From positions 164,045-228,044 of the forward strand of contig VFGU01000012.1 of the NCBI GenBank assembly GCA_009392285.1: a stretch of 64,000 nucleotides of DNA, given 5' to 3'. Each line of letters begins with the position of its first letter. Within the stretch, counting starts at the first letter, position 1. Position numbers and translations under genes: made by a program. Of the stretch, positions 37,861-46,951 are shown piece after piece. The notes beneath the pieces were generated by a model. It had not been told where the DNA came from. It saw only the letters and a list, made by a program, of their open reading frames with translations, and did not search any database. Source of the DNA: SAR202 cluster bacterium (GTDB taxonomy: Bacteria > Chloroflexota > Dehalococcoidia > Lucifugimonadales > Lucifugimonadaceae).

Positions 37861-38546
37861 TGAGTAGTATATCTTCCGATCTAAAAATTTCAGCTTCAAT
37901 TTTAGCCGCAGATTTTAGGAATCTAGAAGACCATATTCATGAAGCAGAAATTTTTGGGTGTGACGAATTCCATTTTGATGTAATGGATGGGAATTTTGTA
38001 CCAGAAATTTCAATGGGACCAATAGTATTAAAGTCATTAAAAAATTTAATTAATCTGCCTTTGGAGATTCATCTTATGGTTGATGAACCCATCAATCATA
38101 TCGATAGTTTTGTAGACATAGGGGTAGATATAATTACTTTTCATATTGAAGCATGTAAAGATCCTTATGAATTGATTAATAAGATAAAGTCAAAGGGAAT
38201 AAAAGTAGGTATTGCAAAGAATCCCGGGACTCCTATAGATAGAATTCAAGATTTTATGCAAGAGGTTGATAGAGTATTAATAATGTGTGTAGAGCCAGGA
38301 TTTTCAGGGCAAAAATTTAATGAAAAAGTGGTAGAGTCTATAATAGAATTAGATAGTCTATTATTGAGTAAGAATATAAGAGATTTAGTGGACATTGCTG
38401 TAGATGGAGGAATAAATTCCTCATCGATAAAAAAATGTAAAGAGGCTGGAGCACAAATTTTTGTATCTGGGTCTTCTATTTTTTGGGAAGGTGATGTCAG
38501 ATCTAATATAATGTCATTAAAGAATTCTTTGCGAGACGAATCATGA
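37860..38546 (+). CDS. rpe: Ribulose-phosphate 3-epimerase
   Basis: SILAADF and HFDVMDGNFVP. Confidence 0.92.
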   Translation: MSSISSDLKISASILAADFRNLEDHIHEAEIFGCDEFHFDVMDGNFVPEISMGPIVLKSLKNLINLPLEIHLMVDEPINHIDSFVDIGVDIITFHIEACKDPYELINKIKSKGIKVGIAKNPGTPIDRIQDFMQEVDRVLIMCVEPGFSGQKFNEKVVESIIELDSLLLSKNIRDLVDIAVDGGINSSSIKKCKEAGAQIFVSGSSIFWEGDVRSNIMSLKNSLRDES

Positions 38547-40126
38547 CAGAAAATACTGTTGTTAAAAGAGGACTAGATGCTGAAGATTATATTCAGTTAA
38601 TCAAGGTTTTTACTCTATCCTTGGAAGAGCATAGAGAAGTTATGAATTCTCTTAATGTATTTCCAGTTCCAGATGCAGATACTGGAACAAATATGTATAT
38701 CTCTGTAAAAGGAATTGTGGATAATCTTGATAAGGCTGACCCTTATCAAGATTTGAATCTTCTATCCAAAGATGTAGCAGATTTTGCATTACTTTCTGCG
38801 CAAGGAAATAGCGGGCTTCTAATTGCTCAACTTTTCAGAGGAATTCATAAAGGTGTTTCCAGTTCTAATATACTAGGCTTATCTGAATTGGCAGGATCAT
38901 TGCAGCAAAGTTATGAATACGCATTTAACTCCATTCATGAACCTCAAGAGGGAACCATGATAACTGTAATGAGAGAGTGCGCAAAAATAGCAAGCAAGTA
39001 TTCTAATACTAATAGTACTAATTTTAAAAAAGTTTTAGAAGCAATTAGTAGTAGAGCAAAGACTGCTGTTGAAGAAACAAAGAGTCAGATGGATCTTCTT
39101 AGGCAGGCTGATGTAATCGATTCTGGCGCTTACGGATTTTCAGTAATGTTAGAGGCTGCATATAATTGTGTTGAATCTGATGAAAATGGGAATGTTAATT
39201 TAAGAGTGGATGGCACAAATTCATTTATTCCTGAGATCCCAAATTATTATTCTCCTAAAGAAGATTTCTTTCAATCATCATCTCATGATGAGGACTGGGG
39301 ATACTGTGTAGTTTTTGCTATTACTGGCGAAGACTTAGATGTTGAGAAAATAAAAGATAATTTATCTGATAAAGGAAGGTCTTTGGTTGTAACAGGTAGC
39401 GAAAAAGTATGTAAGATTCATATTCACTCCGAAGATCCAGATGAGGTAATTAATTTTTCTAAGAATTTTGGAAATATTTCAAATGAGAATATTACAAATA
39501 TGGATGAACAATATAAAGAGATGAAAGAAAATATTTCGAGTCAGGTTTCTTCTGAAATTTCTTTAATTGTTTCTGCTGAAGGAGAAGGGATAATCAGTTT
39601 CTTGGAAGATAATACTTTCGGTTCTATAAAAGTTTTATCAAATTCTGATTTAGATAACATATCTAATGAGGATTTTGGTTCTATTATTGATGATTTATCT
39701 TCTGAGGAAATTATATGTATTCCAAACTCTGAAAGTAGTTTTGAAAAATTTAAAAACTTTTCTGAATCTGTAGAAAAAATAAACCTTGTGAATAGTTTCA
39801 ATGATGCCCAATTAATTTCTGCCATATTTTCCTTTAGCCCTGAACAAGATTTGGATAATAATTTGAGTATTATTAGATCATCTGTTGATGACTGCAAGAG
39901 TATTGAGGTTACAAAAGGTGATTTTGATGATAAAGAATCTTTTGTGAAACGACTAAAAGATGACAATTTGGCTGGGGATTTTGTTTCTATTATTTATCAT
40001 GAATCTAGCCCTCAAGAACATATAGAATTTATTCAAGGAATTCTTTCAGAAGAATTTGGTGTTAATGATACTGAATTAATTAGTCATTCATCTAAATTGT
40101 ATTATTTTACATTATTGGTAGAGTAG
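38543..40126 (+). CDS. DAK2/DhaL-domain protein, fatty-acid kinase FakA-like (YloV family)
   Basis: DhaL motif PVPDADTGTNM and SAQGNSG; 527 aa. Sits directly upstream of a DegV gene and recG, as in Gram-positive genomes. Confidence 0.8.
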   Translation: MTENTVVKRGLDAEDYIQLIKVFTLSLEEHREVMNSLNVFPVPDADTGTNMYISVKGIVDNLDKADPYQDLNLLSKDVADFALLSAQGNSGLLIAQLFRGIHKGVSSSNILGLSELAGSLQQSYEYAFNSIHEPQEGTMITVMRECAKIASKYSNTNSTNFKKVLEAISSRAKTAVEETKSQMDLLRQADVIDSGAYGFSVMLEAAYNCVESDENGNVNLRVDGTNSFIPEIPNYYSPKEDFFQSSSHDEDWGYCVVFAITGEDLDVEKIKDNLSDKGRSLVVTGSEKVCKIHIHSEDPDEVINFSKNFGNISNENITNMDEQYKEMKENISSQVSSEISLIVSAEGEGIISFLEDNTFGSIKVLSNSDLDNISNEDFGSIIDDLSSEEIICIPNSESSFEKFKNFSESVEKINLVNSFNDAQLISAIFSFSPEQDLDNNLSIIRSSVDDCKSIEVTKGDFDDKESFVKRLKDDNLAGDFVSIIYHESSPQEHIEFIQGILSEEFGVNDTELISHSSKLYYFTLLVE

Positions 40127-40194
40127 TACTTCCTATTTACAGTTAGGTTTGTATCTTGTAAATTGTATCTATACTAAATGCTGAGGAGATAATA

Positions 40195-41097
40195 ATGTCT
40201 ATAGGAATAATATGTGATAGCGCTAGTGATATACCTCAAGCTTATACTAAAAAGCTTGGCCTAGTTGAAGTACCCATAAATATCAATTTTGGAGATAAAG
40301 TTTTTAAAGAAAATGTAGATATAAGTGGAGATGAATACTACAAAAAGTTAGTATCTTCTGATGTTTTTCCTACTACATCCCAACCATCTCCTGGAGATTT
40401 TGAAAAAATATACTCCGCTCAATTAAAAAAACACTCAGAGTTACTTTCTATACATATATCTAGCAAAGTAAGCGGAACATATAGTTCGGCTATTCAAGCT
40501 GCTGAGAAGGTTGGAAAGGGCAAAATAACTGTAGTTGATAGTAAAAGTGTGAGTATGGGTGCTGGATTAGTAATAATCTCAGTAGCAAATTACTTACAAG
40601 CTAATAAATCTGCAAAAATGGCTGATTTAGTTAAATTAACTAATGACCTTAGTAAAAAATCTAGAATCTTGGTTGCATGTGAAACAGTAGAATATATGAA
40701 AAGGGGCGGAAGGATAAGCGCGGGAGCTGCATTTTTTGGCGGATTGCTAAATGTGAAGCCAGTCATTGGAAATAATGATGAAGGCGAAGTGGTGTCAGTC
40801 TCTAGGCCAAGATCAATGGTTAAAGCACTTTCATTCTTAAGAATGGAAGCTGAAAGGCATACAAATCATCAAGGCATGGCTGTAATACAAACTACGGAAT
40901 CATTTGACTCAAGAGCACTATTTAATTCATTATCTGGAAATGCATCTATTAAGCCAGATAAAAAGAGTAAATCTGCTTCTACAGAAAATATGTATGTAGG
41001 AGAAGTTATAAAAGCACAATTTGGACCAGCTGTTGGAACTCATGCTGGACCAGGGGCAGTTGGTATAGCTTTTATTGGCGAGGCTCCCAAAAAATAA
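40195..41097 (+). CDS. DegV-family fatty-acid-binding protein (FakB-like)
   Basis: IICDSASDIP, TSQPSPGDF and HISSKVSGTY. Confidence 0.88.
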   Translation: MSIGIICDSASDIPQAYTKKLGLVEVPININFGDKVFKENVDISGDEYYKKLVSSDVFPTTSQPSPGDFEKIYSAQLKKHSELLSIHISSKVSGTYSSAIQAAEKVGKGKITVVDSKSVSMGAGLVIISVANYLQANKSAKMADLVKLTNDLSKKSRILVACETVEYMKRGGRISAGAAFFGGLLNVKPVIGNNDEGEVVSVSRPRSMVKALSFLRMEAERHTNHQGMAVIQTTESFDSRALFNSLSGNASIKPDKKSKSASTENMYVGEVIKAQFGPAVGTHAGPGAVGIAFIGEAPKK

Positions 41098-41123
41098 ACC
41101 TTTAATTAAGATAATTCAATAAT

Positions 41124-43235
41124 TTGCAAAAAAGTTTAGCAAAAGAGTTAAACATAAGGCCATCAACTGAATCTAAGTTAAATGAACTTGGTATAAAAAC
41201 TCCATTAAATTTATTAAATTATTTTCCAATTAGACACATTGATTACTCTGAAGTCAAAAAGATATTTCAGTGTAGTAAATCTGAAAATGTAACTATTATT
41301 GGCCAAGTAATTAAATCAGTAAAAAGAAAAATTGGTCCCAAAATGAGTTCTTGTGTAGCGACCCTCACAGATGATACTGGCTTTATAGATATAATTTGGC
41401 ATGGCCAGCCTTATTTGACCTCGAAATATTCTAAAGGCACTTGGATATCTGTTAGTGGCAAGATTTCAGAATATGGGAATAAATTACAAATATCTAGCCC
41501 TGAAACAGAAATTATTGACCCTACATCATCTTCTTCTTCAAATGGGATGATAATGCCTATTTATTCACTTAAAGATAAAATCCCTCAAGCAACATTTAGA
41601 TCAATAATAAAAAAATGTCTTGAGAAATATCTTGGCAATATTCCTGAGTATATCCCTTCAGAGATCCTGGATGATTTAGATATGTTTGAAATAAATCGTG
41701 CTACAAAAAACTTTCATTTTCCTACCAATATAGAATCTTTAGACATCTCTAGAAAAAGATTCTTGTTTGAGAAAATGTTATTTAATCAAATTTTTATGCT
41801 AATGAGAAAATATGAAAGAGAAAAAGATTATGATCTTGAAAAAATTATTATAGAAGATTTACTTATTAATGATCTAAAAAACTATTTTAACTTTCCGCTC
41901 ACCGAAGATCAGATTAATTCAATCGATGAAATTATCGATGATTTATCTAAAAATATTCCTATGAGAAGAATATTACAGGGGGAGGTTGGAAGTGGAAAAA
42001 CATTGGTGGCTTTAGTGAGTTTATTTTCAATAGTAAGGTCCGGATATCAAGGAGCCTTTATGGCTCCCACTGAAATATTAGCCGAGCAACACTTTATTAA
42101 TATAAAAGAACAATTTGAAGGTGAGAATTATTTAGATTTTAGCAATAAAGTAATTTCAATAAAAATGCCAGGAATAATGAATAGGGGCATGGTTGTTGCA
42201 TTACTGACTGGCAATCAAGCCTCGTCTGAGAAAAAACTTATTCATAAACTGGTAAGTAATAGAGAAATAGATTTAGTTGTTGGAACCCATACTTTGTTTC
42301 AAGAGGATTTCAATCCCATTAAACTAGGTTTAGTAGTAGTGGATGAACAGCATAGGTTTGGAGTATCTCAGAGGGATGCTTTGGTAGAAAAATCTAAAGT
42401 TCCACATTTGTTGTCAATGTCAGCCACTCCAATACCAAGGAGTTTAGCTTTAACCTTATATGGCGACTTAGAGGTTAGTACCTTACGTAGTTGCCCTGAA
42501 GGTAGAAAAGAAATTGATACATTTTGGTGCAGAGAAGATGAAGATAAGAAAGCAGCCTACTTAAAAATTTATAATGAAATTAAATCTGGAAGACAGGCCT
42601 TTATTGTTTGCCCATTAATCCATAGGTCAGAAAAAATAGACTCTATGTCAGTCGAAGAAATGCTTTCAGGTTTGAATGATTCCATACTTAAAGAAGTAAA
42701 AACGGATGTGCTTCATGGAGAAATGAATATGGAAGAAAAGAGCAGGATAATGAACCGATTTAAAAATAATGACTTTAGTTTATTAGTTGCCACCCCTGTA
42801 ATTGAAGTAGGCGTTGATATTCCCAATGCTACTTGCGTCATAATTGAGTCAGCAGATAGATTTGGATTAGCTCAACTACATCAGATAAGAGGAAGAGTCG
42901 GCAGAGGTTCTGAAAAAAGTTATTGTTATTTATTTACTAGAAATATTTCTGAAAATGCTGACCAAAGACTCAATTCTTTTGAAAAAACTAAAAATGGATT
43001 CGATTTAGCAGAAGCGGATCTAAAAATCAGAGGACCTGGGGATTATATTGGTAGCAAACAAAGCGGTATGAGTGATATTTCTTATGAGATGATTAATGAT
43101 AATAAGACCTTAATGAATTCAAGGAAGTGGGCAACCAAAATTGTTAGTAGTAAAAAGAAATTAGGCCCAGAGTATGAAAATCTTAGAGAAGAATTCAAGA
43201 AAAGATTTGATTTTATTAATACAGGAATATCCTAA
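41124..43235 (+). CDS. recG: ATP-dependent DNA helicase RecG
   Basis: TTG start, wedge/OB region, GEVGSGKT, VVDEQHRFG and QLHQIRGRVGRG. Confidence 0.93.
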   Translation: MQKSLAKELNIRPSTESKLNELGIKTPLNLLNYFPIRHIDYSEVKKIFQCSKSENVTIIGQVIKSVKRKIGPKMSSCVATLTDDTGFIDIIWHGQPYLTSKYSKGTWISVSGKISEYGNKLQISSPETEIIDPTSSSSSNGMIMPIYSLKDKIPQATFRSIIKKCLEKYLGNIPEYIPSEILDDLDMFEINRATKNFHFPTNIESLDISRKRFLFEKMLFNQIFMLMRKYEREKDYDLEKIIIEDLLINDLKNYFNFPLTEDQINSIDEIIDDLSKNIPMRRILQGEVGSGKTLVALVSLFSIVRSGYQGAFMAPTEILAEQHFINIKEQFEGENYLDFSNKVISIKMPGIMNRGMVVALLTGNQASSEKKLIHKLVSNREIDLVVGTHTLFQEDFNPIKLGLVVVDEQHRFGVSQRDALVEKSKVPHLLSMSATPIPRSLALTLYGDLEVSTLRSCPEGRKEIDTFWCREDEDKKAAYLKIYNEIKSGRQAFIVCPLIHRSEKIDSMSVEEMLSGLNDSILKEVKTDVLHGEMNMEEKSRIMNRFKNNDFSLLVATPVIEVGVDIPNATCVIIESADRFGLAQLHQIRGRVGRGSEKSYCYLFTRNISENADQRLNSFEKTKNGFDLAEADLKIRGPGDYIGSKQSGMSDISYEMINDNKTLMNSRKWATKIVSSKKKLGPEYENLREEFKKRFDFINTGIS

Positions 43236-44125
43236 ATAATAATATCTAGAATAGATATAGCATCTCTATTTATAATTCCTTCGATAGCTTCTTCTGGGAT
43301 TAAAGGTAGGTTATATTTTTTTGAATAACTTAGTAACCCCATTAATTTCTCTTTTGTTTCATCTGGTGTTGTGATAGGCCAATCTGAGCCAAACAATATC
43401 TTATCAATTACGCCCCATTCATTAAACAAGTTTAATCCATTCCAAAATGACCAAGGCCTATAAAATTGAGCAGAAACATCTGCAAATACATTCTTGTGTT
43501 TTCTTACTACTGACATGCAATCAGGTTGCCATGGATGGGCAAGGTGAGCCAAGATAATCTTCAAATTTGGAAATACCATTGCAATTTTATCTATATGCTT
43601 AGGGTGAGCATAGTCTAAGGGTGCATTGGTAACAGGGGAAGTTCCTTGGTGAAAAATTATTGGTATATTATCTCTCTCTAGTTTTGAATAAAGTTTCATA
43701 GCTTCTATGCTCAATGGATGAAAATCTTGATAATTTGGGCCAAGTTTTATCCCCTTTAATTTTAATCCATTTACACATCGATAATATTCATTCTCAATAT
43801 CTGGATCCATAGGATGAAGAGACATGAATGGTATTATTTTTTCAGGCGCATAAGATGCAACTTTAGATGCTATATCATTTTGATTCAAATCTTTGCCCCA
43901 TCCTGGAGATGAAAGTATTTCTTCGTTTTTATTCCAAGGTTTAGGGGCTATTCCAAAAATAAAAGTTTTATCTACATTTTTAAAGGCCTCTAAGTATTCT
44001 TCTACAGAGTTTGTTAACTTCGTGGGTTGCCCAGAACCTGATTTCATGGCGTTTTCATACCTAATTTCAGACTCAGGAACTTTGAATTCATGGCTTGGTA
44101 AATGTGTATGTACGTCAACTATCAT
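43232..44125 (-). CDS. Metal-dependent amidohydrolase (amidohydrolase_2 TIM-barrel family)
   Basis: MIVDVHTHL start, internal His residues and GSDWP near the C-terminus. Confidence 0.7.
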   Translation of the reverse strand: MIVDVHTHLPSHEFKVPESEIRYENAMKSGSGQPTKLTNSVEEYLEAFKNVDKTFIFGIAPKPWNKNEEILSSPGWGKDLNQNDIASKVASYAPEKIIPFMSLHPMDPDIENEYYRCVNGLKLKGIKLGPNYQDFHPLSIEAMKLYSKLERDNIPIIFHQGTSPVTNAPLDYAHPKHIDKIAMVFPNLKIILAHLAHPWQPDCMSVVRKHKNVFADVSAQFYRPWSFWNGLNLFNEWGVIDKILFGSDWPITTPDETKEKLMGLLSYSKKYNLPLIPEEAIEGIINRDAISILDIII

Positions 44126-44128
44126 ATT

Positions 44129-44205
44129 TGGTACCCCGTACGAGATTCGAACTCGTGATCTCCACCTTGAAAGGGTGGCGTGTTGGGCCGCTACACTAAC
44201 GGGGC
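44129..44205 (-). tRNA. tRNA-Glu (UUC), CCA encoded
   Basis: Reverse complement: GCCCCGT-TA-GTGT-AGCGGCCCA-ACAC-G-CCACC-CTTTCAA-GGTGG-AGATC-ACGAG-TTCGAAT-CTCGT-ACGGGGT-A-CCA. The cloverleaf folds by hand (G1:U72 wobble), the anticodon loop is CT-TTC-AA, and the T-loop is TTCGAAT. Confidence 0.9.
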
Positions 44206-44218
44206 CTTCCTCAAGACT

Positions 44219-45196
44219 CTAAGGATACAATGCCATATTGTTTAATCCAAGTGTTTCTTCAAAATTAAACATAATATTCATATTTTGTACTGCTTGCCCT
44301 GCAGCGCCTTTAACTAGATTATCAATTACAGAAATTATCCTATAGTTATTTATTGAGGATTTTTTTGGTAATTTTTGTATAAAGATGTTGCAGTTATTTG
44401 TCCCTCTTACCTCTTTTACTTTTGGTGGATCTGAGCAAACATTTACAAAAGGCGTGTCATTAAAATAATTTTTATACTTTTCTAAATCTATTTCGTCTTG
44501 AGATTGGAAATATATTGAAGAAAATATTCCTCTAGTTATTGAACTTAATTGAGTAGTAAGATAAACATTATTATTAATATTGTTTTCAATTTCAGGCTCA
44601 TGTCTGTGACCCTCAATAGAATACGCGGAAATATTATCTGATATTTCAGAAAAGGAATGGTTTATATTTTGGGATCTACCTGCGCCAGAAATACCTGTTT
44701 TAGCATCGATAATTATATTTGTAATATTATTTAAAGGTAGCAGCGGTATGGTTGCGCACGTAGGAAAGCATCCAGGATTAGCAACAAATTTTGATATTTT
44801 TATTTTCTCTTTATTTTTTTCAGGCAGTCCATATATGAATTTATCTATTAAAGATGGATATGGATGCTTAACATCGTATATTTTTTCATATATATCAAGT
44901 GGCAATCTGAAATCTGCACTGAAATCAATGACGGGAATATCATTATTTACATATTGTCCGATTATTTCTGCGCTTGCTTTATGAGGTAGGGCAGAGAAAA
45001 TGAGATCTGTATCTTCTTTTAAATTTTCATTTATTTTTAATTTACCATTATAAAAAGGAAATACATCATCAAGCATTTTTCCAGCTTGACTTCTTCCTGT
45101 AACTTGGGTTACTTCAACTTCAGGATGGCTATCTAATATTCTTATTAGTTCCATTCCTGAATAGCTAGTTATATTTAGAATTCCAACTTTTAGCAT
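44219..45196 (-). CDS. argC: N-acetyl-gamma-glutamyl-phosphate reductase
   Basis: VANPGCFPT active-site Cys motif; AAGGAG Shine-Dalgarno 5 nt before the ATG. Confidence 0.9.
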   Translation of the reverse strand: MLKVGILNITSYSGMELIRILDSHPEVEVTQVTGRSQAGKMLDDVFPFYNGKLKINENLKEDTDLIFSALPHKASAEIIGQYVNNDIPVIDFSADFRLPLDIYEKIYDVKHPYPSLIDKFIYGLPEKNKEKIKISKFVANPGCFPTCATIPLLPLNNITNIIIDAKTGISGAGRSQNINHSFSEISDNISAYSIEGHRHEPEIENNINNNVYLTTQLSSITRGIFSSIYFQSQDEIDLEKYKNYFNDTPFVNVCSDPPKVKEVRGTNNCNIFIQKLPKKSSINNYRIISVIDNLVKGAAGQAVQNMNIMFNFEETLGLNNMALYP

Positions 45197-45303
45197 TTTG
45201 GCTCCTTTTAAGCATCACAGACTAACATTTTTTAATTAATTTGTCTTTGAAATTCATCAAATTTTTTAATTGATCTATTTTGAATTTTAGTTTATTACAT
45301 GTA

Positions 45304-45975
45304 CTAAGGTTTATTCGCTATAAAAGGTTTCATTCTATTAGGAAAACAGATTTTACAGATTTCACATATAGTCCCATCACACCCTCTGGCAGTACAGTGC
45401 GATCTTCCATAATAAATAAATTGTAAGTGCAATTTGTTCCAACTTTCTTTAGGGAAAAGTTTTTTTAGATCATTTTCAGTTTCTTTTACGTTTTTTCCTT
45501 TGGTTAATCCCCATCTTTGAGAAAGGCGATGTATATGTGTATCTACCGGGAATGCTGGGTGCCCAAATCCTTGAGACATTACCACGCTAGCTGTTTTATG
45601 GCCCACTCCTGGCAAACTTTCAAGGGATTCAAAACTTTCAGGAACCTCAGAATTGAATTTCTTCACGATTATTTTGGATAAATTTGAAATATTAGAAGAT
45701 TTTTGAGGAGCTAAACCGCAAGGTTTAATAATGTTTTCAATTTTTGAAGTAGGGATTTTCATCATTTTGATGGCAGTATTTCCTACCTCAAATAATTTTG
45801 GAGTAACTTGATTTACTCTTTCGTCTGTACATTGGGCACTTAGCAAAACTGCTATTAATAATTCAAATATATTATTGTGTTGTAAAGGCACAGGTGTTTC
45901 CGGGTAAATCTCATTAAGTCTATTAAAAATATAATCTGCTCTTTCTTTCTTTAACAATTTATTACCTATTGGCAA
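45304..45975 (-). CDS. nth: Endonuclease III
   Basis: HhH motif LPGVGHKTA, catalytic VDTH, and a C-terminal Cys cluster C..C..C..C. Confidence 0.9.
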   Translation of the reverse strand: MPIGNKLLKKERADYIFNRLNEIYPETPVPLQHNNIFELLIAVLLSAQCTDERVNQVTPKLFEVGNTAIKMMKIPTSKIENIIKPCGLAPQKSSNISNLSKIIVKKFNSEVPESFESLESLPGVGHKTASVVMSQGFGHPAFPVDTHIHRLSQRWGLTKGKNVKETENDLKKLFPKESWNKLHLQFIYYGRSHCTARGCDGTICEICKICFPNRMKPFIANKP

Positions 45976-45983
45976 ATTTCATT

Positions 45984-46949
45984 TCAAATTCTATTTCTAG
46001 AAATTTCAATTATTGATTCTAATGCTTTTCTATATTCACTTTGAGGAATATTTGATAATGAGTTAAATGCTTTATCATAATGAGAGTTAACAGTTTCTTT
46101 TGATTTTTCTATTGCATTAGAATTAATTATTTCTTTTAATAGACCTTCTTTTTCTTTTTTTGAAAATTTCTTTATTGCATCATCACTATATTTTTTAGAT
46201 TCTAAATATAAAATTATAGGTAAAGTTATTACTCCTTCCGATAAATCATTAAACACTGGCTTGCCTTCTTTATTTTTTGAAGAAGTAATGTCTAAAATAT
46301 CATCTTGTATTTGATATGCCATTCCGAAATGAAATCCAAATTTCGAAATATTATTAATGTTTTCATCAGCTCCTCCACCAATTATGCACCCACTGAAGGA
46401 TGATGTTTTAAAAAGCGAAGCAGTTTTTAAATATGTTTTTTCAAAATATTTTTCTTTGGTTAAGTTAAAATTATTTGACTCAATATTTTCAAATAATTCA
46501 CCTTTGGATAATTCTACAATCGTTTCAGCAAATCTTTTTACAAGCGTTATGTTTCCAGTATCACATACAAATATTGCTGATGTAGCAAAGACATAATCTC
46601 CTAGTAGAACAGCTATATTGTTTCCCCACAAATTACTCGCAGTTGCTTTTCCTCTTCTTACATCAGCCTTGTCTACCGTATCATCGTGAATTAGTGTTGC
46701 TATATGTAAAAGTTCAACAGCAGTTGCCATTCTTAACGAGTTTTCTTTATCAAATTTTCCAAATAGTTTAGAGCAAATAAGAGTAATCACTGGTCTAAGT
46801 TGCTTGCCAGGTGATGATAGAACATATGATAATCTTTTTGATATTTCTTCAGAATATTCTGATTCTTTTTTTGATAATTCCTCAATATTATTTTTTACAA
46901 CAATTAAATCATTTCTCACAAATTCAGCTATTTCATAAAAAGATGACAT
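45984..46949 (-). CDS. Long-chain polyprenyl diphosphate synthase
   Basis: LIHDDTVD and QIQDDILD aspartate-rich motifs. Confidence 0.88.
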   Translation of the reverse strand: MSSFYEIAEFVRNDLIVVKNNIEELSKKESEYSEEISKRLSYVLSSPGKQLRPVITLICSKLFGKFDKENSLRMATAVELLHIATLIHDDTVDKADVRRGKATASNLWGNNIAVLLGDYVFATSAIFVCDTGNITLVKRFAETIVELSKGELFENIESNNFNLTKEKYFEKTYLKTASLFKTSSFSGCIIGGGADENINNISKFGFHFGMAYQIQDDILDITSSKNKEGKPVFNDLSEGVITLPIILYLESKKYSDDAIKKFSKKEKEGLLKEIINSNAIEKSKETVNSHYDKAFNSLSNIPQSEYRKALESIIEISRNRI

Positions 46950-46951
46950 TA

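Noticed and set aside
43893-44222. 109-aa plus-strand ORF spanning the amidohydrolase start, the tRNA and the argC stop
   Set aside because: It runs antisense through a hand-foldable tRNA-Glu and two supported CDSs, so it is a shadow ORF.
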